From Lachnospiraceae bacterium (GTDB lineage: Bacteria; Bacillota; Clostridia; Lachnospirales; Lachnospiraceae), in contig JAZLHO010000059.1 of NCBI GenBank assembly GCA_045616865.1, positions 2,441 to 66,440 of the forward strand: a stretch of 64,000 bases of DNA, read 5' to 3'. Shown here piece after piece: positions 57,632-64,000 of this stretch. The translations under genes and the position numbers were made by a program. A model generated the notes under the pieces. That model was given only the letters and a program-made list of their open reading frames with translations, was not told the origin of the DNA and did no database searches. Numbering within the stretch: the stretch's first letter is position 1; the number at the start of each line of letters is the position of its first letter.

Positions 57632-59295
57632 AGTTTAAACAGTGTTGAAAGTATTCCTCTTCCAAGTGATGCTCCAACATTTCCTCCTACAGTTTTTCCG
57701 AGTGAACCTCCAAGGCTGTTTCCGACATTTTTTCCAAGTTCACGTCCCACAGAGCCTATAGCAGCACTTGCTACATTTTTCACTGCGCGTTTTCTGGCTG
57801 TCTCTGTTTTCTGTTTTTCCCTTGCAGCAGCCTTCTCTGCCTTTTCTGCTTCTTTTGCAGCTTCCTTTTCTGCCCTTTCTGCTGCCTTTGCTGCTTCCTT
57901 CGCTGCTCTCTCCGCTTCTTTCGCCGCTTCTATTTCTGCCTTTTCCTGTTCTTTTCTTGCTTCCTTCTCAGCTTTTGCTTTTTCTGCCGCCTGAGCTGAC
58001 TCCAGATTTCTTCTCAGAAGGAATTCATATGCAGAATCACGGTCTACCATATCATTGTATGCAGCCCTCAGCAGATCTGATGCAATGACCTGACTGCGCA
58101 TATTATCATCGATTGTTCCCATCTTTGACTGAGGCGGTAGAATCGATGCTACCTGAACCATCGCCGGTGAACCATCTTCCTGAATAAATGACACTATCGC
58201 CTCTCCGGTTCCCAGATTCTGAATAGCTTCTTCAGTATCAAATGCAGGATTAACTCTGAAAGACTCTGCCGCTGCCCGGATTCCCTTCTGTTCTGCCGGA
58301 GTGTATGCACGTAATGCATGCTGAATCTTATTCCCAAGCTGTGCAAGTACCGCATCCGGAATATCCTTCGGGTTCTGAGTCACGAAGTAAATACCTACTC
58401 CCTTTGATCTTATGAGTTTTACCACCTGTTCGACCTTTGACAGCAAAGCCTTAGGTGTATCATTAAAAAGAAGATGTGCTTCATCAAAGAAGAATACCAT
58501 CTTTGGTTTCTCCTGATCTCCCACCTCCGGAAGCTGTTCAAACAACTCTCCCATCATCCAGAGAAGAAATGTTGAATAAACGAGCGTGTCATTTATAAGA
58601 CTTTCAGAATCAAGAATGTTGATATAGCCTCTGCCGTCCGCATCAGTCTTGAACCAGTCAGCTATATTGACAGCCGGCTCTCCGAAGAATTTTTCTCCTC
58701 CCCTGTCCTCCAGTGAAACAAGGGCCCTTGTTATAGCCGCAACTGATTTCCCGGAAATGTTCCCATAATCTGCTTTGTAATCCGAGGCATGGTCAGCGCA
58801 ATAATTCAGTATCGCCTTTAGATCCTTGATATCTATCAAAAGCAGACCTTCATCATCTGCTATTTTAAAAACAATATTTAATATATCAGTCTGGATCTGG
58901 TTAAGTTCGAGAAGCCTGGCAAGAAGCAGCGGTCCAAATTCTGTTATAGTTGTCCTGAGCGGCATCCCTTTTGTTCCATATATATCCCAAAATCTGGTAG
59001 GATAGCTTTTATATGTGAAGTTTTTATCTGCAAGCCCGAATCTTTCAATTCTTTCTCTCATGTCTTCACTGTCCACACCCGGCATGCACATACCGGCTAT
59101 GTCACTCTTAACATCTGCAAGAAAAACAGGAACTCCTGCATCAGAAAATGATTCAGCCATCACCTTCAGTGTTATTGTCTTTCCTGTTCCGGTTGCTCCG
59201 GCAATCAGTCCATGTCTGTTTGCCATTGATGGAAGAACATTTACATATGAACCATCCCTTGTCATACCCATCGTGACCTGATTATTATTATACAT
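57628..59295 (-). CDS. DUF853/YjgR-family HerA-like P-loop ATPase with Glu/Lys-rich coiled-coil insert
   Basis: The Walker A sequence GATGTGKT in HGLIAGATGTGKTITLK is typical of the YjgR family. The C-terminus has an EK/A-rich stretch followed by a Gly-rich tail. AGGAGG SD present. Confidence 0.75.
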   Translation of the reverse strand: MYNNNQVTMGMTRDGSYVNVLPSMANRHGLIAGATGTGKTITLKVMAESFSDAGVPVFLADVKSDIAGMCMPGVDSEDMRERIERFGLADKNFTYKSYPTRFWDIYGTKGMPLRTTITEFGPLLLARLLELNQIQTDILNIVFKIADDEGLLLIDIKDLKAILNYCADHASDYKADYGNISGKSVAAITRALVSLEDRGGEKFFGEPAVNIADWFKTDADGRGYINILDSESLINDTLVYSTFLLWMMGELFEQLPEVGDQEKPKMVFFFDEAHLLFNDTPKALLSKVEQVVKLIRSKGVGIYFVTQNPKDIPDAVLAQLGNKIQHALRAYTPAEQKGIRAAAESFRVNPAFDTEEAIQNLGTGEAIVSFIQEDGSPAMVQVASILPPQSKMGTIDDNMRSQVIASDLLRAAYNDMVDRDSAYEFLLRRNLESAQAAEKAKAEKEARKEQEKAEIEAAKEAERAAKEAAKAAERAEKEAAKEAEKAEKAAAREKQKTETARKRAVKNVASAAIGSVGRELGKNVGNSLGGSLGKTVGGNVGASLGRGILSTLFKL

Positions 59296-59338
59296 CGCAG
59301 ACCTCCTATAATCGGTATTTAGCCAATTTCAGTATAGC

Positions 59339-59369
59339 AAAAAAACAGAGGTGAGTAAACTCACCCCTG
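59339..59369 (-). terminator. Rho-independent terminator after the Ala/Lys-repeat gene
   Basis: Minus strand reads GGGGTGAG-ttta-CTCACCTCT followed by GTTTTTTT. Confidence 0.7.
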
Positions 59370-59390
59370 CATTTAATTACTCGTTTATTA

Positions 59391-59948
59391 TTACTTAGTT
59401 GCCTTCTTTGCTGCAGCTTTTTTAGCTACTGGCTTCTTTGCTACTGCCTTCTTTGCTACAGGCTTTGCTGCAACCTTCTTTGCTACTGCTTTCTTTGCTG
59501 CTGGCTTCGCTGCAACTTTCTTTGCTACTGCCTTTGCTACAACTTTCTTTGCTACTGCCTTTGCTGCCGGCTTTGCTGCAACCTTCTTTGCTGCTGGCTT
59601 CGCTGCAACTTTCTTTGCTACTGTCTTTGCTACAACTTTCTTTGCTGCTGGCTTTGCTGCAACTTTCTTTGCTGCTGGCTTTGCTGCTGCTTTCTTTGCT
59701 GCTGTCTTTGCTGCAACTTTCTTTGCTACTGCCTTTGCTACAACTTTCTTTGCTACTGCCTTTGCTGCAACTTTCTTTGCTACTGGCTTCGCTGCTGCTT
59801 TCTTTGTTGCTTCTTTCTTAACTGCTGCCTTTACTGCCGTCTTCTTAGCTGCCGGCTTCTTTGTAGCAGTTGCTTTCTTTGCAGGTGCCGGACATGCAAC
59901 TGTCTTAACTTCTGCTGCCTTCAATACTTCTGTCTTATCAACTAACAT
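59391..59948 (-). CDS. Ala/Lys-rich repeat protein (histone H1-like / AlgP-like nucleoid-associated candidate)
   Basis: 185 aa, almost entirely PAAKKVAAK-type repeats. Strong AGGAGGAAAG SD, a near-consensus promoter and a terminator flank it. Confidence 0.7.
   Translation of the reverse strand: MLVDKTEVLKAAEVKTVACPAPAKKATATKKPAAKKTAVKAAVKKEATKKAAAKPVAKKVAAKAVAKKVVAKAVAKKVAAKTAAKKAAAKPAAKKVAAKPAAKKVVAKTVAKKVAAKPAAKKVAAKPAAKAVAKKVVAKAVAKKVAAKPAAKKAVAKKVAAKPVAKKAVAKKPVAKKAAAKKATK
59440..59830. repeat. In-frame degenerate tandem repeat (about 27-nt period) inside the Ala/Lys-rich gene
   Basis: Reiterated ctttgctgcaactttctttgctactgc-type units, seen directly in the sequence. Confidence 0.8.
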
Positions 59949-59997
59949 CTCTTTCCTCCTAATTCCTCTCTCGAGGCAAATAACTCATACTTAAGAA

Positions 59998-60026
59998 ATT
60001 ATAAAACCTGTAATCAACATTGTCAA
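59998..60026 (-). promoter_or_regulatory. Near-consensus sigma-A promoter of the Ala/Lys-repeat gene
   Basis: TTGACA, a 17-nt spacer, then TATATT, about 50 nt upstream of the ATG. Confidence 0.6.
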
Positions 60027-60096
60027 TAAATAACAAAATTCCTAAAAATAATTTGTCTATTATTACATGCGTTTAGTTATTGATTTTTTTATCATA

Positions 60097-60939
60097 CTAT
60101 ATGTTGTGTTGTTTTTTAGAATGGATTTCCAGTTGATTTACAGCTTTTATTTTCATGATTATATCCTTCACCAGTTTATCCAGTTCTTTATCCTCTTCAT
60201 AATTTGCCCTGGCTACAAAATTCACCCTGTTATCCCTTATCAGTTCTCTTGCGGTATCTTTTTTATTTCCCTGATATACCGCTATAGCTTTTCCGCCATT
60301 CAGACTGACCAGCTTCATGCACGGAACATCTGTCATTCCATCACCGATGTATATCATGTTTCGAAACGGAACGCGTCTCTCATTTTCAGGAATGTATTTA
60401 TTGACATTTGAATTGTCTCCGAGATTGAGCATACCTTTGTTTATGCGGAACAGATACTGTGTTTTACTTGTATAATTCACTCCCATCTTCGGCCAGTCAG
60501 CTGCTCCGTTTTCGTCATAATGAAACTCACATGCGTAGATTTCTTTAAATCTGTCAGCAATTGAACTCCCCTGAATGATCTCTTTTAATCCGGATGAAAT
60601 AATATAATGTTCTACGATAACACCCTGTTCTTCTCCGAATTTATTGATTCTGTCGAACCATTCCTCAACACCCGGAAACAGTTTTATTGCTTTACCTGCT
60701 GATTCAAAAACATCTCTTGTGATTCTTTTATGCTTATCCCTTGATAATCTCAGCATAAGATACATATATGTCAGAACCGGATCCATCTTTTCACGTTTTG
60801 CAATTTCATCAGTTTTTGACCAGAAGCTTTCTGCAGACTCGTCCAGACTTGGAATGAATGTGTATTCCTGCATATCCTTTGTACACAGTGTTTTGTCAAA
60901 ATCATACATTATCGCAACAACGGGCTTGGCTGTTTTCAT
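60097..60939 (-). CDS. HAD-superfamily hydrolase (subfamily IB-like)
   Basis: The MYDFDKTL (DxDxT) and IGDGMTD motifs. AAAGAGG SD present. Confidence 0.7.
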   Translation of the reverse strand: MKTAKPVVAIMYDFDKTLCTKDMQEYTFIPSLDESAESFWSKTDEIAKREKMDPVLTYMYLMLRLSRDKHKRITRDVFESAGKAIKLFPGVEEWFDRINKFGEEQGVIVEHYIISSGLKEIIQGSSIADRFKEIYACEFHYDENGAADWPKMGVNYTSKTQYLFRINKGMLNLGDNSNVNKYIPENERRVPFRNMIYIGDGMTDVPCMKLVSLNGGKAIAVYQGNKKDTARELIRDNRVNFVARANYEEDKELDKLVKDIIMKIKAVNQLEIHSKKQHNI

Positions 60940-60996
60940 ATGATACCTCTTTCTGTTAAATAAGCTTTAATATGATAATATAGCATTTTAGAATAA

Positions 60997-61030
60997 AATA
61001 AAAGCCCGCATTAAACGGACTTTTATTTTT
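60997..61030 (-). terminator. Terminator after the cold-shock gene
   Basis: Minus strand reads AAAAGTCCG-tttaatg-CGGGCTTTT followed by ATTTTATT. Confidence 0.55.
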
Positions 61031-61046
61031 GAATCGTGATTTATGA

Positions 61047-61253
61047 TTAACCAACTACGGTAACGTTTACCGCCTGAACTCCTCTTGAACCTTCAGCTAC
61101 TTCGAATGTAACCTTCTGGCCATCCTTGAGTTCCTTATAGCCTTCACTGTTGATACCAGAGAAATGAACGAAAATCTCTTTTCCATCAGCATCATCTGTA
61201 ATGAAGCCATAACCCTTGGTTGCATTAAACCACTTTACAATACCATTGTGCAT
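61047..61253 (-). CDS. cspA: Cold-shock protein (CspA family)
   Basis: [15 protein letters not shown] and FVHFS (RNP1/RNP2) motifs. GGAGG lies 6 nt upstream of the ATG at 61253. Confidence 0.9.
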   Translation of the reverse strand: MHNGIVKWFNATKGYGFITDDADGKEIFVHFSGINSEGYKELKDGQKVTFEVAEGSRGVQAVNVTVVG

Positions 61254-61339
61254 AACCTGCCTCCAAAAAAATTCACTGTGATGAGTATAACAAATTGACA
61301 AAAATTAGTCAATAAATAGTTTACCTGTTTGTGCATTTT

Positions 61340-63274
61340 TTAAAATACAAAGAGCTTCATGAATTCTTCTTCTGTAATGATAGGTATTCCCAGTTCCTTT
61401 GCCTTCTTGTTTTTGGATGAGTTCGATGTAATATCATTATTGATGAGGTACCCGGTTACTTTGCTGACGGAACCGGCAGCTTTTCCGCCATGGTCTTCTA
61501 TAAACTGCTGAAGTTCCTTTCTGTTAGCGAAGCGTTCCACATCCCCTGTTATGACAAAAGTGATTCCTGCCAGATTCTGATTATCTGATACTGATGCTGT
61601 CTTCTCCAATCTTACAAGCTGAAGCAGTTCATTCACCTGTTTGTTATTATTATCATCATTGAAATATGCCTTTACAGACTCTGCCAGTACTTCTCCTATA
61701 CCTTCAATCCCACAGAGTTCTTCCATACCTGCATTCCTGAATTTTTCAAAGTCATCTCCGAATGACCTGCTGATCATTTTTGCATTTGCCACACCTATTC
61801 CGGGAATTCCAAGTGAATATATAAACCTCGGTACGGTTGTATCAGCAGACTTTGCCGCTGCCCTGATCAGATTATCCGCCGACTTTTCCCCGAATCCGTC
61901 AAGCGCAGCTATTTCGTTTCGGTATCTTTCCAATCTGAATATATCGGCATAATTCTTTATAAATCCTGCCGCAATCAGCTTTTCAAGAGTCATCTCGCTC
62001 AGACCATCTATGTTAAGAGCATCTCTTGATGCAAGCAGCACAAATGATTTGACTTTTTTAACAGGACAGTCCGGATTGACACACCACAGTGTTCTGGTAT
62101 CATTTTCTGCTTTTATGACGGTTTTCTGTCCACATACCGGACATATCTCCGGGATATCTCTTACTCCGCTTCTTGTCAGGTTTTCTGCTATCTGCGGAAT
62201 GATCATATTAGCCTTATATACTGTAATGCTGTCACCTGCACCAAGCTCCAGAGCTTCCATGACACTGATATTATGCACACTGGCTCTTGATACTGTGGTG
62301 CCTTCAATTTCGACCGGATCAAATACAGCAACCGGATTTATGAGTCCTGTTCTGGATGGAGACCATTCAATGTATCTGAGTTTTGTCTCCGCAGTCTCAT
62401 CGGTCCATTTGAAAGCAATAGCATTTCTCGGGAACTTTGCAGTCGTTCCCAGTGATTCTCCGTATGCAATATCCTCAAGCAGAAGCACCAATCCATCAGA
62501 TGGAATTTCATAAGTTCCGATCTTTTTTTCAAAGTCTGCAACTGCACCGGGTAATGAATTTCTGTCCACAATGATATGATCGACTACATCAAAGCCCTGT
62601 TGAATGAGCCAGTTGAATTTGTTACTGTTGGAATTATTGAAATCAACATCTGCGCTGACCAGACTGAATACATAAAGATTTACATTACGTGCAGCGGTAA
62701 CCGAAGGATCCAGCTGTCTTACCGATCCCGAACAAAGATTTCTCGGATTCTTGTACTCCCCGCTGAACTCTTTAAAGTCACTATACTTGATTACAGCTTC
62801 TCCCCTTATTATCAACTTTCCTTTATACGGTATTTTAAGAGGAACATTTTTAAACTTCTTCGCGTTATTGGTTACATCTTCACCGACAAATCCGTTACCT
62901 CTTGTGACTGCCTGCATCAGCTCCCCGTTTTCATACGTAAGCACTATAGTAAGTCCGTCAAGCTTCCACGACAGAACAGCCTTCTGATCCCCCATCCAGT
63001 CCTTCAGAGCGTCTACAGATTTTGTCTTGTCAAGTGAGAGCATCGGCTTATCGTGTTCCACCTTGACTAGCTGAGAAAGCACCTCATAGCCGACATTATG
63101 TGTAACCGAATCTGACAGAACTATGCCTGTCTTTTTTTCAAGCTCCACAAGCTCATCATACAGTGCATCATATTCATAGTTTGTCATGATTTCTCTGCTC
63201 TGCTGATAATATGCCCTGGATGCTTCCCGAAGAAGCTTATTCAGTTCAACCATTCTGGATTTATCTTTTTCCAT
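61340..63274 (-). CDS. ligA: NAD+-dependent DNA ligase
   Basis: Domain Ia, adenylation KLDG, Zn finger CPVCG...CVNPDCP, HhH repeats and a C-terminal BRCT. An alternative start lies at 63253. Confidence 0.9.
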   Translation of the reverse strand: MEKDKSRMVELNKLLREASRAYYQQSREIMTNYEYDALYDELVELEKKTGIVLSDSVTHNVGYEVLSQLVKVEHDKPMLSLDKTKSVDALKDWMGDQKAVLSWKLDGLTIVLTYENGELMQAVTRGNGFVGEDVTNNAKKFKNVPLKIPYKGKLIIRGEAVIKYSDFKEFSGEYKNPRNLCSGSVRQLDPSVTAARNVNLYVFSLVSADVDFNNSNSNKFNWLIQQGFDVVDHIIVDRNSLPGAVADFEKKIGTYEIPSDGLVLLLEDIAYGESLGTTAKFPRNAIAFKWTDETAETKLRYIEWSPSRTGLINPVAVFDPVEIEGTTVSRASVHNISVMEALELGAGDSITVYKANMIIPQIAENLTRSGVRDIPEICPVCGQKTVIKAENDTRTLWCVNPDCPVKKVKSFVLLASRDALNIDGLSEMTLEKLIAAGFIKNYADIFRLERYRNEIAALDGFGEKSADNLIRAAAKSADTTVPRFIYSLGIPGIGVANAKMISRSFGDDFEKFRNAGMEELCGIEGIGEVLAESVKAYFNDDNNNKQVNELLQLVRLEKTASVSDNQNLAGITFVITGDVERFANRKELQQFIEDHGGKAAGSVSKVTGYLINNDITSNSSKNKKAKELGIPIITEEEFMKLFVF

Positions 63275-63942
63275 TTTCCCTCTTTTATGGATCCCAGTCT
63301 GACACCCATGATTCTTATTCTTCTGAGTTTAATAACCTGATATCCGCACTCTGCGCACATTCTTCGGATCTGCCTGTTAAGACCCTGTGTCAGTGTTATA
63401 TTAAATGTGCGTGCTCCTGTTCTTTCTACATCACATGGTCTGGTAGATCTGTCTATCTCCTTAAGATACATTCCGTCACGCATTTTTTTCAATGCAGCTT
63501 CAGTAACTGGTCTGTCCACTTCGACTTCATATTCTTTTTCGTGATAATTGGATGACTTCAGGATCTCATTGACCAGAGCTCCGTCATTGGTCATCAGTAT
63601 GAGGCCTTCTGAATCCTTATCAAGCCTTCCTATCGGATAAACACGTTCCGGATAATTCACCAGCTCCACTATATTTACGGCCCTGTCATTATCTGATGTA
63701 GTGCATACCACACCTCTTGGTTTATTTACCGCAAGCACAACTCTTTTGATTCTCTCCGCATCTTCGGACCGTCCTATGCGTTTTCCGTCAACTGTGACTG
63801 TTTCACCACCCTGGAGTCTGGTTCCGGGCACAGCAGTCACTCCATCTATCAGGACTTTTCCGTCTTCAATGAGTCTATCCGCTTCCCTTCTGGAACAGTA
63901 GCCCATACTGCTTAAGTATTTATTTATTCGCATTTCTTCCAT
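63241..63942 (-). CDS. RsuA/RluB/RluF-family rRNA pseudouridine synthase
   Basis: N-terminal S4 domain (RINKYLS..G.CSRREAD.LI..G.V) and the catalytic GRLDKDSEGLILMTNDG. Confidence 0.85.
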   Translation of the reverse strand: MEEMRINKYLSSMGYCSRREADRLIEDGKVLIDGVTAVPGTRLQGGETVTVDGKRIGRSEDAERIKRVVLAVNKPRGVVCTTSDNDRAVNIVELVNYPERVYPIGRLDKDSEGLILMTNDGALVNEILKSSNYHEKEYEVEVDRPVTEAALKKMRDGMYLKEIDRSTRPCDVERTGARTFNITLTQGLNRQIRRMCAECGYQVIKLRRIRIMGVRLGSIKEGKWKKINPEWLN

Positions 63943-64000
63943 ACGAAAAATTATACCACATGAATGTCGAAATATGATAAACTAAAAGGCAGATAAAACT

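Noticed and set aside
59438-59821. A plus-strand 127-aa Leu/Ser/Gln-rich repeat ORF opposite the Ala/Lys-repeat gene, together with the impression of a CRISPR-like regular repeat.
   Set aside because: The promoter, a strong SD with ATG, and a terminator all serve the minus strand. The repeats are contiguous, degenerate and in-frame (27-nt period) with no unique spacers, so this is not a CRISPR array.

Overview
This 64 kb window looks like a chromosomal segment of a low-GC anaerobic Firmicute. A Clostridia / Lachnospiraceae-like origin is inferred from gene content and AGGAGG-type Shine-Dalgarno sites. I call about 58 protein genes, roughly 53 of them on the minus strand, often with ATGA or 1-nt overlaps, plus three tRNAs (Ser-GGA, Ser-UGA, Trp-CCA). 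I saw no CRISPR array, transposase, integrase or phage genes. Most content is housekeeping: rbr, trpB, glf, aroE, glyA, nagB, rho, rarA, thyA-folA, nfnAB, ruvAB, pckA, cspA, ligA. Interleaved accessory modules include a murQ locus with a complete private PTS phosphorelay. There is also an AraC-linked ABC-importer locus with deacetylase, oxidoreductase, aminotransferase and ceramidase-like genes, and an NhaC / D-aminoacylase / aldolase operon. The most unusual item is an uninterrupted 844-codon ORF (25925-28459). It fuses a TetM/EF-G-like translational GTPase to a Rae1/YacP-type NYN endoribonuclease domain with its acidic catalytic motifs intact. It sits between folA and rarA-rho. Other points worth follow-up:
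- a GGGtGRT / NifU-like gene pair of unknown function
- a HAD phosphatase-barstar fusion translationally coupled to a HerA-like DUF853 ATPase
- an Ala/Lys-repeat histone-H1-like gene with a near-consensus promoter
- a Q/N-rich insert in Rho
- a degenerate exonuclease-like protein
- a roughly 190-nt unassigned leader upstream of an AI-2E transporter gene
All functional calls come from motif recognition by eye. No database search was run.
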